This document shows, piece by piece, positions 23,501 through 38,500 of a stretch of DNA of 64,000 nt. Both the position numbers and the translations under genes were made by a program. Positions within the stretch are counted from its first letter, which is position 1; the number at the start of each line of letters is the position of its first letter. Source of the stretch: Euprymna scolopes (taxonomy: Eukaryota); NCBI GenBank assembly GCA_053919585.1, contig CM132825.1; one strand, written 5' to 3'. The notes below the pieces were generated by a model. It was not told the origin of the DNA, ran no database searches, and saw only the letters and a program-made list of their open reading frames with translations.

Positions 23501-26500
23501 CATCTGTATTCTATCTATTAGGTTTGCTGTTTTCATATTTACCTACAAACAATTCATTTTCTATGTGATTGTCGACAAGTTTATCAATTTATGCCATCTG
23601 TATTCTATCTATTAGGTTTGCTGTTTTCATATTTACCTACAAACAATTCATATTTTATGTGATTGTCGACAAGTTTATCAATTTATGCCATCTGTATTCT
23701 ATCTATTAGGTTTGCTGTTTTCATATTTACCTACAAACAATTCATTTTCTATGTGATTGTCGACAAGTTTATCAATTTATGCCATCTGTATTCTATCTAT
23801 TAGGTTTGCTGTTTTCATATTTACCTACAAACAATTCATTTTCTATGTGATTGTCGACAAGTTTATCAATTTATGCCATCTGTATTCTATCTAATAGGTT
23901 AGCTGTTTTCATATTTACCTACAAACAATTCATTTTCTATGTGATTGTCGACAAGTTTATGAATTTATGCCATCTGTATTCTATCTATTAGGTTTGCTGT
24001 TTTCATATTTACCTACAAACAATTCATTTTCTATGTGATTGTCGACAAGTTTATAAATTCATGCCATCTGTATTCTATCTATTAGGTTTGCTGTTTTCAT
24101 ATTTACCTACAAACAATTCATTTTCTATGTGATTGTCGACAAGTTTATCAATTTATGCCATCTGTATTCTATCTATTAGGTTTGCTGTTTTCATATTTAC
24201 CTACAAACAATTCATTTTCTATGTGATTGTCGACAAGTTTATCAATTTATGCCATCTGTATTCTATCTATTAGGTTTGCGGTTTTCATATTTACCTACAA
24301 ACAATTCATTTTCTTTGTGATGGTCGACAAGTTTATCAATTTATGCCATCTGTATTCTATCTCTTAGGTTTGCTGTTTTCATATTTACCTACAAACAATT
24401 CATTTTCTATGTGATTGTCGACAAGTTTATCAATTTATGCCATCTGTATTCTATCTATTAGGTTTGCTGTTTTCATATTTACCTACAAACAATTCATTTT
24501 CTATGTGATTGTCGACAAGTTTATCAATTCATGGCATCTGTATTCTATCTATTAGGTTTGCTGTTTTCATATTTACCTACAAACAATTCATTTTCTATGT
24601 GATTGTCGACAAGTTTATCAACTTATGCCATCTGTATTCTATCTATTAGGTTTGCTGTTTTCATATTTACCTACAAACAATTAATTTTCTATGTGATTGT
24701 CGACAAGTTTATCAATTTATGCCATCTGTATTCTATCTATTAGGTTTGCTGTTTTCATATTTACCTACAAACAATTCATTTTCTATGTGATTGTCGACAA
24801 GTTTATCAATTTATGCCATCTGTATTCTATCTATTAGGTTTGCTGTTTTGATATTTACCTACAAACAATTCATTTTCTATGTGATTGTCGACAAGTTTAT
24901 CAATTCATGCCATCTGTATTCTATCTATTAGGTTGGCTGTTTTCATATTTACCTACAAACAATTTATTTTCTATGTGATTGTCGACAAGTTTATCAATTT
25001 ATGTCATCTGTATTCTATCTATTAGGTTTGCTGTTTTTATATTTACCTACAAACAATTCATTTTCTATGTCATTGTAGACAAGTTTATCAATTTATGCCA
25101 TCTGTATTCTATCTATTAGGTTTGCTGTTTTCATTTTTTCCTACAAACAATTCATTTTCTATGTGATTGTCGACAAGTTTATGAATTTATGCCATCTGTA
25201 TTCTATCTATTAGGTTTGCTGTTTTCATATTTACCTACAAACAATTCATTTTCTATGTGATTGTCGACAAGTTTATCAATTTATGCCATCTGTATTCTAT
25301 CTATTAGGTTTGCTGTTTTCATATGTACCTACAAACAATTCATTTTCTATGTGATTGTCGACAAGTTTATGAATTTATGCCATCTGTATTCTATCTATTA
25401 GGTTTGCTGTTTTCATATTTACCTACAAACAATTCATTTTCTATGTGATTGTCGACAAGTTTATCAATTCATGCCATCTGTATTCTATCTATTAGGTTTG
25501 CTGTTTTCATATTTACCTACAAACAATTCATTTTCTATGTGATTGTCGACAACTTTATCAATTTATGCCATCTGTATTCTATCTATTAGGTTTGCTGTTT
25601 TCATATTAACCTACAAACAATTCATTTTCTATGTGATTGTCGACAAGTTTATCAATTCATGCCATCTGTATTCTATCTATTAGGTTTGCTGTTTTCATAT
25701 TTACCTACAAACAATTAATTTTCTATGTGATTGTCGACAAGTTTATCAATTTATGCCATCTGTATTCTATCTATTAGGTTTGCTGTTTTCATATTTACCT
25801 ACAAACAATTCATTTTCTATGTGATTGTCGACAAGTTTATCAATTTATGCCATCTGTATTCTATCTATTAGGTTTGCTGTTTTTATATTTACCTACAAAC
25901 AATTCATTTTCTATCTGATTGTCGACAAGTTTATCAATTTATGCCATCTGTATTCTATCTATTAGGTTTGCTGTTTTCATATTTACCTACAAACAATTTA
26001 TTTTCTATCTGATTGGCGACAAGTTTATCAATTTATGCCATCTGTATTCTATCTATTAGGTTTGCTGTTTTCATATTTACCTACAAACAATTCATTTTCT
26101 CTCTGATTGGCGACAAGTTTATCAATTTATGCCATCTGTATTCTATCTATTAGGTTTGCTGTTTTCATATTTACCTACAAACAATTCATTTTCTATGTGA
26201 TTGTCGACAAGTTTATCAATTTATGCCATCTGTATTCTATCTATTAGGTTTGCTGTTTTTATATTTACTTACAAACAATTCATTTTCTATGTGATTGTCG
26301 ACAAGTTTATCAATTTATGCCATCTGTATTCTATCTATTAGGTTTGCTGTTTTCATATTTACCTACAAACAATTCATTTTCTATCTGATTGGCGACAAGT
26401 TTATCAATTTATGCCATCTGTATTCTATCTATTAGGTTTGCTGTTTTCATATTTACCTACAAACAATTCATTTTCTATGTGATTGTCGACAAGTTTATCA

Positions 26501-29500
26501 ATTTATGCCATCTGTATTCTATCTATTAGGTTTGCTGTTTTCATATTTACCTACAAACAATTCATTTTCTATGTGATTGTCGACAAGTTTATCAATTTAT
26601 GCCATCTGTATTCTATCTATTAGGTTTGCTGTTTTTATATTTACCTACAAACAATTCATTTTCTATGTGATTGTCGACAAGTTTATCAATTTATGCCATC
26701 TGTATTCTATCTATTAGGTTTGCTGTTTTCATATTTACCTACAAACAATTCATTTTCTATCTGATTGGCGACAAGTTTATCAATTTATGCCATCTGTATT
26801 CTATCTATTAGGTTTTCTGTTTTCATATTTACCTACAAACAATTCATTTTCTATCTGATTGGCGACAAGTTTATCAATTCATGCCATCTGTATTCTATCT
26901 ATTAGGTTTGCTGTTTTCATATTTACCTACAAACAATTCATTTTCTATCTGATTGGCGACAAGTTTATCAATTTATGCCATTTGTATTCTATCTCTTAGG
27001 TTTGCTGTTTTCATATTTACCTACAAACAATTCATTTTCTATGTGATTGTCGACAAGTTTATGAATTTATGCCATCTGTATTCTATCTATTAGGTTTGCT
27101 GTTTTCATATTTACCTACAAACAATTCATTTTCTATGTGATTGTCGACAAGTTTATCAATTTATGCCATCTGTATTCTATCTATTAGGTTTGCTGTTTTT
27201 ATATTTACCTACAAACAATTCATTTTCTATGTGATTGTCGACAAGTTTATCAATTTATGCCATCTGTATTCTATCTATTAGGTTTGCTGTTTTGATATTT
27301 ACCTACAAACAATTCATTTTCTATGTGATTGTCGACAAGTTTATCAATTTATGCCATCTGTATTCTATCTATTAGGTTTGCTGTTTTCATATTTACCTAC
27401 AAACAATTCATTTTCTATGTGATTGTCGACAAGTTTATCAATTTATGCCATCTGTATTCTATCTATTAGGTTTGCTGTTTTTATATTTACCTACAAACAA
27501 TTCATTTTCTATGTGATTGTCGACAAGTTTATCAATTTATGCCATCTGTATTCTATCTATTAGGTTTGCTGTTTTCATATTTACCTACAAACAATTCATT
27601 TTCTATGTGATTGTCGACAAGTTTATTAATTTATGCCATCTGTATTCTATCTATTAGGTTTGGTGTTTTCATATTTACCTACAAACAATTCATTTTCTAT
27701 GTGATTGTCGACAAGTTTATCAATTCATGCCATCTGTATTCTATCTATTAGGTTGGCTGTTTTCATATTTACCTACAAACAATTCATTTTCTATGTGATT
27801 GTCGACAAGTTTATCAATTCATGCCATCTGTATTCTATCTATTAGGTTTCCTGTTTTCATATTTACCTACAAACAATTCATTTTCTATGTGATTGTCGAC
27901 AAGTTTATCAATTTATGCCATCTGTATTCTATCTATTAGGTTTGCTGTTTTCATATTTACCTACAAACAATTCATTTTCTATGTGATTGTCGACATGTTT
28001 ATCAATTTATGCCATCTGTATTCTATCTATTAGGTTTGCTGTTTTCATATTTACCTACAAACAATTCATTTTCTATGTGATTGTCGACAAGTTTATCAAT
28101 TTATGCCATCTGTATTCTATCTATTAGGTTTGCTGTTTTCATATTTACCTACAAACAATTCATTTTCTATGTGATTGTCGACAAGTTTATCAATTTATGC
28201 CATCTGTATTCTATCTATTAGGTTTGCTGTTTTCATATTTACCTACAAACAATTCATTTTCTATGTGATTGTCGACAAGTTTATGAATTTATGCCATCTG
28301 TATTTTATCTATTAGGTTTGCTGTTTTCATATTTACCTACAAACAATTCATTTTCTATGTGATTGTCGACAAGTTTATCAATTCAGACCATCTGTATTCT
28401 ATCTATTAGGTTTGCTGTTTTCATATTTACCTACAAACAATTCATTTTCTATGTGATTGTCGACAAGTTTATCAATTTATGCCATCTGTATTCTATCTAT
28501 TAGGTTTGGTGTTTTCATATTTACCTACAAACAATTCATTTTCTATCTGATTGTCGACAAGTTTATCAATTTATGCCATCTGTATTCTATCGATTAGGTT
28601 TGCTGTTTTCATATTTACCTACAAACAATTCATTTTCTATGTGATTGTCGACAAGTTTATCAATTCATGCCATCTGTATTCTATCTATTAGGTTTGGTGT
28701 TATCATATTTACCTACAAACAATTCATTTTCTATGTGATTGTCGACAAGTTTATCAATTTATGCCATCTGTATTCTATCTATTAAGTTTGCTGTTTTCAT
28801 ATTTACCTACAAACAATTAATTTTCTATGTGATTGTCGACAAGTTTATCAATTTATGCCATCTGTATTCTATCTATTAGGTTTGCTGTTTTCATATTTAC
28901 CTACAAACAATTCATTTTCTATGTGATTGTCGACATGTTTATCAATTTATGCCATCTGTATTCTATCTATTAGGTTTGCTGTTTTCATATTTACCTACAA
29001 ACAATTCATTTTCTTTGTGATTGTCGACAAGTTTATCAATTTAGTCCATCTGTATTCTATCTGTTAGGTTTGCTGTTTTCATATTTACCTACAAACAATT
29101 CATTTTCTATGTGATTGTCGACATGTTTATCAATTTATGCCATCTGCATTCTATCTATTAGGTTTGCTGTTTTCATATTTACCTACAAACAATTCATTTT
29201 CTATGTGATTGTCGACAAGTTTATCAATTTATGCCATCTGTATACTATCTATTAGGTTTGCTGTTTTCATATTTACCTACAAACAATTCATTTTCTATGT
29301 GATTGTCGACAAGTTTATCAATTTATGCCATCTGTATTCTATCTCTTAGGTTTGCTGTTTTCATATTTACCTACAAACAATTCATTTTCTATGTGATTGT
29401 CGACAAGTTTATCAACTTATGCCATCTGTATTCTATCTATTAGGTTTGCTGTTTTCATATTTACCTACAAACAATTCATTTTCTATGTGATTGTCGACAA

Positions 29501-32500
29501 GTTTATCAATTCATGCCATCTGTATTCTATCTATTAGGTTTGCTGTTTTCATATTTACCTACAAACAATTCATTTTCTATGTGATTGTCGACAAGTTTAT
29601 CAATTTATGCCATCTGTATTCTATCTATTAGGTTTGCTGTTTTGATATTTACCAACAAACAATTCATTTTCTATGTGATTGTCGACAAGTTTATCAATTC
29701 ATGCCATCTGTATTCTATCTATTAGGTTGGCTGTTTTCATATTTACCTACAAACAATTTATTTTCTATGTGATTTTCGACAAGTTTATCAATTTATGCCA
29801 TCTGTATTCTATCTATTAGGTTTGCTGTTTTTATATTTACCTACAAACAATTCATTTTCTATGTCATTGTAGACAAGTTTATCAATTTATGCCATCTGTA
29901 TTCTATCTATTAGGTTTGCTGTTTTCATTTTTTCCTACAAACAATTCATTTTCTATGTGATTGTGGACAAGTTTATGAATTTATGCCATCTGTATTCTAT
30001 CTATTAGGTTTGCTGTTTTCATATTTACCTACAAACAGTTCATTTTCTATGTGATTGTCGACAAGTTTATCAATTTATGCCATCTGTATTCTATCTATTA
30101 GGTTTGCTGTTTTCATATGTACCTACAAACAATTCATTTTCTATGTGATTGTCGACAAGTTTATGAATTTATGCCATCTGTATTCTATCTATTAGGTTTG
30201 CTGTTTTCATATTTACCTACAAACAATTCATTTTCTATGTGATTGTCGACATGTTTATCAATTCATGCCATCTGTATTCTATCTTTTAGGTTTGCTGTTT
30301 TCATATTTACCTACAAACAATTCATTTTCTATGTGATTGTCGACAACTTTATCAATTTATGCCATCTGTATTCTATCTATTAGGTTTGCTGTTTTCATAT
30401 TAACCTACAAACAATTCATTTTCTATGTGATTGTCGACAAGTTTATCAATTCATGCCATCTGTATTCTATCTATTAGGTTTGCTGTTTTCATATTTACCT
30501 ACAAACAATTCATTTTCTATGTGATTGTCGACAAGTTAATCAATTTATGCCATCTGTATTCTATCTATTAGGTTTGCTGTTTTCATATTTACCTACAAAC
30601 AATTCATTTTCTATGTGATTGTCGACATGTTTATCAATTTATGCCATCTGTATTCTATGTATTAGGTTTGCTGTTTTCATATTTACCTACAAACAATTCA
30701 TTTTCTATGTGATTGGCGACAAGTTTATCAATTTATGCCATCTGTATTCTATCTGTTAGGTTTGCTGTTTTCATATTTACCTACAAACAATTCATTTTCT
30801 ATGTGATTGTCGACAAGTTTATCAATTTATGCCATCTGTATTCTATCTATTAGGTTTTCTGTTTTCATATTTACCTACAAACAATTCATTTTCTATCTGA
30901 TTGGCGACAAGTTTATCAATTTATGCCATCTGTATTCTATCTATTAGGTTTGCTGTTTTCATATTTACCTACAAACAATTCATTTTCTATCTGATTGTCG
31001 ACAAGTTTATCAATTTATGCCATTTGTATTCTATCTCTTAGGTTTGCTGTTTTCATATTTACCTACAAACAATTCATTTTCTATGTGATTGTCGACAAGT
31101 TTATCAATTCATGCCATCTGTATTCTATCTATTAGGTTTGCTGTTTTCATATTTACCTACAAAAAATTCATTTTCTATGTGATTGTCGACAAGTTTATCA
31201 ATTTATGCCATCTGTATTCTATCTATTAGGTTTGCTGTTTTTATATTTACCTACAAACAATTCATTTTCTATGTGATTGTCGACAAGTTTATCAATTTAT
31301 GCCATCTGTATTCTATCTATTAGGTTTGCTGTTTTGATATTTACCTACAAACAATTCATTTTCTATGTGATTGTCGACAAGTTTATCAATTTATGCCATC
31401 TGTATTCTATCTATTAGGTTTGCTGTTTTCATATTTACCTACAAACAATTCATTTTCTATGTGATTGTCGACAAGTTTATCAATTTATGCCATCTGTATT
31501 CTATCTATTAGGTTTGCTGTTTTTATATTTACCTACAAACAATTCATTTTCTATGTGATTGTCGACAAGTTTATCAATTTATGCCATCTGTATTCTATCT
31601 ATTAGGTTTGCTGTTTTCATATTTACCTACAAACAATTAATTTTCTATGTGATTGTCGACAAGTTTATTAATTTATGCCATCTGTATACTATCTATTAGG
31701 TTTGGTGTTATCATATTTACCTACAAACAATTCATTTTCTATGTGATTGTCGACAAGTTTATCAATTCATGCCATCTGTATTCTATCTATTAGGTTGGCT
31801 GTTTTCATATTTACCTACAAACAATTCATTTTCTATGTGATTGTCGACAAGTTTATCAATTCATGCCATCTGTATTCTATCTATTAGGTTTGCTGTTTTC
31901 ATATTTACCTACAAACAATTCATTTTCTATGTGATTGTCGACAAGTTTATCAATTTATGCCATCTGTATTCTATCTATTAGGTTTGCTGTTTTCATATTT
32001 ACCTACAAACAATTCATTTTCTATGTGATTGTCGACATGTTTATCAATTTATGCCATCTGTATTCTATCTATTAGGTTTGCTGTTTTCATATTTACCTAC
32101 AAACAATTCATTTTCTATGTGATTGTCGACAAGTTTATCAATTTATGCCATCTGTATTCCATCTATTAGGTTTGCTGTTTTCATATTTACCTACAAACAA
32201 TTCATTTTCTATGTGATTGTCGACAAGTTTATCAATTTATGCCATCTGTATTCTATCTATTAGGTTTGCTGTTTTCATATTTACCTACAAACAATTCATT
32301 TTCTATATGATTGGCGACAAGTTTATCAATTTATGCCATCTGTATTCTATCTATTAGGTTTGCTGTTTTCATATTTACCTACAAACAATTCATTTTCTAT
32401 CTGATTGTCGACAAGTTTATCAATTTATGCCATTTGTATTCTATCTCTTAGGTTTGCTGTTTTCATATTTACCTACAAACAATTCATTTTCTATGTGATT

Positions 32501-35500
32501 GTGGACAAGTTTATGAATTTATGCCATCTGTATTCTATCTATTAGGTTTGCTGTTTTCATATTTACCTACAAACAATTCATTTTCTATGTGATTGTCTAC
32601 AAGTTTATCAATTTATGCCATCTGTATTCTATCTATTAGGTTTGCTGTTTTCATATTTACCTACAAACAATTCATTTTCTATGTGATTGTCGACAAGTTT
32701 ATCAATTTATGCCATCTGTATTCTATCTATTAGGTTTGCTGTTTTCATATTTACCTACAAACAATTCATTTTCTATGTGATTGTCGACAAGTTTATCAAT
32801 TTATGCCATCTGTATTCTATCTATTAGGTTTGCTGTTTTCATATTTACCTACAAACAATTCATTTTCTATCTGATTGGCGACAAGTTTATCAATTTATGC
32901 CATCTGTATTCTATCTATTAGGTTTGCTGTTTTCATATTTACCTACAAACAATTCATTTTCTATCTGATTGTCGACAAGTTTATCAATTTATGCCATCTG
33001 TATTCTATCTATTAGGTTTGCTGTTTTGATATTTACCTACAAACAATTCATTTTCTATGTGATTGTCGACAAGTTTATCAATTTATGCCATCTGTATTCT
33101 ATCTATTAGGTTTGCTGTTTTCATATTTACCTACAAACAATTCATTTTCTATGTGATTGGCGACAAGTTTATCAATTTATGCCATTTGTATTCTATCTAT
33201 TAGGTTTGCTGTTTTCATATTTACCTACAAACAATTCATTTTCTATGTGATTGTCGACAAGTTTATCAATTTATGCCATCTGTATTCTATCTATTAGGTT
33301 TGCTGTTTTCATATTTACCTACAAACAATTCATTTTCTATGTGATTGTCGACAAGTCTATCAATTTATGCCATCTGTATTCTATCTATTAGGTTTGCTGT
33401 TTTCATATTTACCTACAAACAATTCATTTTCTATCTGATTGGCGACAAGTTTATCAATTTATGCCATCTGTATTCTATCTATTAGGTTTGCTGTTTTCAT
33501 ATTTACCTACAAACAATTCATTTTCTATGTGATTGTCGACAAGTTTATCAATTTATGCCATTTGTATTCTATCTCTTAGGTTTGCTGTTTTCATATTTAC
33601 CTACAAACAATTCATTTTCTATGTGATTGTGGACAAGTTTATGAATTTATGCCATCTGTATTCTATCTATTAGGTTTGCTGTTTTCATATTTACCTACAA
33701 ACAATTCATTTTCTATGTGATTGTCGACAAGTTTATCAATTTATGCCATCTGTATTCTATCTATTAGGTTTGCTGTTTTCATATTTACCTACAAACAATT
33801 CATTTTCTATGTGATTGTCGACAAGTTTATCAATTTATGCCATCTGTATTCTATCTATTAGGTTTGCTGTTTTGATATTTACCTACAAACAATTCATTTT
33901 CTATGTGATTGTCGACAAGTTTATCAATTTATGCCATCTGTATTCTATCTATTAGGTTTGCTGTTTTCATATTTACCTACAAACAATTCATTTTCTATGT
34001 GATTGTCGACAAGTTTATCAATTTATGCCATCTGTTTTCTATCTATTAGGTTTGCTGTTTTTATATTTACCTACAAACAATTCATTTTCTATGTGATTGT
34101 CGACAAGTTTATCAATTTATGCCATCTGTATTCTATCTATTAGGTTTGCTGTTTTCATATTTACCTACAAACAATTCATTTTCTATGTGATTGTCGACAA
34201 GTTTATTAATTTATGCCATCTGTATTCTATCTATTTGGTTTGCTGTTTTCTTATTTACCTACAAACAATTCATTTTCTATCTGATTGTCGACAAGTTTAT
34301 CAATTTATGCCATCTGTATTCTATCTATTAGGTTTGCTGTTTTAATATTTACCTACAAACAATTCATTTTCTATCTGATTGTCGACAAGTTTATCAATTT
34401 ATGCCATCTGTATTCTATCGATTAGGTTTGCTGTTTTCATATTTACCTACAAACAATTCATTTTCTATGTGATTGTCGACAAGTTTATCAATTTATGCCA
34501 TCTGTATTCTATCTATTAGGTTTGCTGTTTTCATATTTACCTACAAACAATTTATTTTCTATGTGATTGTCGACAAGTTTATCAATTTATGCCATCTGTA
34601 TACTATCTATTAGGTTTGCTGTTTTCATATTTACCTACAAACAATTCATTTTCTATGTGATTGTTGACAAGTTTATCAATTTATGCCATCTGTATTCTAT
34701 CTATTAGGTTTGCTGTTTTCATATTTACCTACAAACAATTCATTTTCTATGTGATTGTCGACAAGTTTATCAATTTATGCCATCTGTATTCTATCTATTA
34801 GGTTTGCTGTTTTAATATTTACCTACAAACAATTCATTTTCTATGTGATTGTCGACAAGTGTATCAATTTATGCTATCTGTATTCTATCTATTAGGTTTG
34901 CTGTTTTCATATTTACCTACAAACAATTCATTTTCTTTGTGATTGTTGACAAGTTTATCAATTTATGCCATCTGTATTCTATCTATTAGGTTTGCTGTTT
35001 TCATATTTACCTACAAACAATTCATTTTCTATGTGATTGTCGACAAGTTTATCAATTTATGCCATCTGTATTCTATCTATTAGGTTTGCTGTTTTAATAT
35101 TTACCTACAAACAATTCATTTTCTATGTTATTGTCGACAAGTTTATCAATTTATGCCATCTGTATTCTATCTATTAGGTTTGCTGTTTTCATATTTACCT
35201 ACAAACAATTCATTTTCTATGTGATTGTCGACAAGTTTATCAATTTATGCCATCTGTATTCTATCTATTAGGTTTGCTGTTTTCATATTTACCTACAAAC
35301 AATTCATTTTCTATGTGATTGTCGACAAGTTTATCAATTTATGCCATCTGTATTCTATCTATTAGGTTTGCTGTCTTCATATTTACCTACAAACAATTCA
35401 TTTTCTATGTGATTGTCGACAAGTTTATTAATTTATGCTATCTGTATTCTATCTATTAGGTTTGCTGTTTTCATATTTACCTACAAACAATTCATTTTCT

Positions 35501-38500
35501 ATGTGATTGTCGACAAGTTTATCAATTTATGCCATCTGTATTCTATCTATTAGGTTTGCTGTTTTCATATTTACCTACAAACAATTAATTTTCTATGTGA
35601 TTGTCGACAAGTTTATCAATTTATGCCATCTGTATTCTATCTATTAGGTTTGCTGTTTTCATATTTACCTACAAACAATTAATTTTCTATGTGATTGTCG
35701 ACAAGTTTATCAATTTAGGCCATCTGTATTCTATCTATTAGGTTTGCTGTTTTCATATTTACCTACAAACAATTAATTTTCTATGTGATTGTCGACAAGT
35801 TTATCAATTTATGCCATCTGTATTCTATCTATTAGGTTTGCTGTTTTCATATTTACCTACAAACAATTCATTTTCTATGTGATTGTCGACAAGTTTATCA
35901 ATTTATGCCATCTGTATTCTATCTATTAGGTTTGCTGTTTTCATATTTACCTACAAACAATTCATTTTCTATGTGATTGTCGACAAGTTTATCAATTTAT
36001 GCCATCTGTATTCTATCTATTAGGTTTGCTGTTTTCATATTTACCTACAAACAATTCATTTTCTATGTGATTGTCGACAAGTTTATCAATTTATGCCATC
36101 TGTATTCTATCTATTAGGTTTGCTGTTTTCATATTTACCTACAAACAATTCATTTTCTATGTGATTGTCGACAAGTTTATCAATTTATACCATCTGTATT
36201 CTATCTATTAGGTTTGCTGTCTTCATATTTACCTACAAACAATTCATTTTCTATGTGATTGTCGACATGTTTATCAATTTATGCCATCTGTATTCTATCT
36301 ATTAGGTTTGCTGTTTTCATATTTACCTACAAACAATTCATTTTCTATGTGATTGTCGACAAGTTTATCAATTTATGCCATCTGTATTCTATCTGTTAGG
36401 TATGCTGTTTTCATATTTACCTACAAACAATTCATTTTCTATGTGATTGTCGACAAGTTTATCAATTTATGCCATCTGTATTCTATCTATTAGGTTTGCT
36501 GTTTTTATATTTACCTACAAACAATTCATTTTCTATGTGATTGTAGACAAGTTTATCAATTTATGCCATCTGTATTCTATCTATTAGGTTTGCTGTTTTC
36601 ATTTTTTCCTACAAACAATTCATTTTCTATGTGATTGTCGACAAGTTTATCAATTTATGCCATCTGTATTCTATCTATTAGGTTTGCTGTTTTCATATTT
36701 ACCTACAAACAATTTATTTTCTATGTGATTGTCGACAAGTTTATCAATTTATGCCATCTGTATTCTATCTATTAGGTTTGCTGTTTTCATATTTACCTAC
36801 AAACAATTCATTTTCTATGTGATTGTCGACAAGTTTATCAATTTATGCCATCTGTATTCTATCTATTAGGTTTGCTGTTTTCATTTTTTCCTACAAACAA
36901 TTCATTTTCTATGTGATTGTCGACAAGTTTATGAATTTATGCCATCTGTATTCTATCTATTAGGTTTGCTGTTTTCATATTTACCTACAAACAATTAATT
37001 TTCTATGTGATTGTCGACAAGTTTATCAATTTATGCCATCTGTATTCTATCTATTAGGTTTGCTGTTTTCATATTTACCTACAAACAATTAATTTTCTAT
37101 GTGATTGTCGACAAGTTTATCAATTTATGCCATCTGTATTCTATCTATTAGGTTTGCTGTTTTCATATTTACCTACAAACAATTCATTTTCTATGTGATT
37201 GTCGACAAGTTTATCAATTTATGCCATCTGTATTCTATCTATTAGGTTTGCTGTTTTCATATTTACCTACAAACAATTCATTTTCTATGTGATTGTCGAC
37301 AATTTTATCAATTTATGCCATCTGTATTCTATCTATTAGGTTTGCTGTTTTCATATGTACCTACAAACAATTAATTTTCTATGTGATTGTCGACAAGTTT
37401 ATGAATGTATTCCATCTGTATTCTATCTATTAGGTTTGCTGTGTTCATATTTACCTACAAACAATTCATTTTCTATGTGATTGTCGACAAGTTTATCAAT
37501 TCATGCCATCTGTATTCTTTCTATTAGGTTTGCTGTTTTCATATTTACCTACAAACAATTCATTTTCTATGTGATTGTCGACAAGTTTATCAATTTATGC
37601 CATCTGTATTCTATCTATTAGGTTTGCTGTTTTCATATTTACCTACAAACAATTCATTTTCTATGTGATTGTCGACAAGTTTATCAATTTATGCCATCTG
37701 TATTCTATCTATTAGGTTTGCTGTTTTCGTATTTACCTACAAACAATTAATTTTCCATGTGATTGTCGACAAGTTTATCAATTTATGCCATCTGTATTCT
37801 ATCTATTAGGTTTGCTGTTTTCATATTTACCTACAAACAATTCATTTTCTATGTGATTGTCGACAAGTTTATCAATTTATGCCATCTGTATTCTATCTAT
37901 TAGGTTTGCTGTTTTCGTATTTACCTACAAACAATTAATTTTCTATGTGATTGTGGACAAGTTTATCAATTTATGCCATCTGTAGGCTATCTATTAGGTT
38001 TGCTGTTTTCATTTTTTCCTACAAACAATTCATTTTCTATGTGATTGTCGACATGTTTATCAATTTATGCCATCTGTATTCTATCTATTAGGTTTGCTGT
38101 TTTCATATTTACCTACAAACAATTCATTTTCTATCTGATTGTCGACAAGTTTATCAATTTATGCCATCTGTATTCTATCTATTAGGTTTGCTGTTTTCAT
38201 ATTTACCTACAAACAATTCATTTTCTATGTGATTGTCGACAAGTTTATCAATTTATGCCATCTGTATTCTATCTATTCGGTTTGCTGTTTTCATATTTAC
38301 CTACAAACAATTCATTTTCTATCTGATTGTCGACAAGTTTATCAATTTATGCCATCTGTATTCTATCTATTAGGTTTGCTGTTTTCATATTTACCTACAA
38401 ACAATTCATTTTCTATGTGATTGTCGACAAGTTTATCAATTTATGCCATCTGTATTCTATCTATTAGGTTTGCTGTTTTCATATTTACCTAAAAATAATT

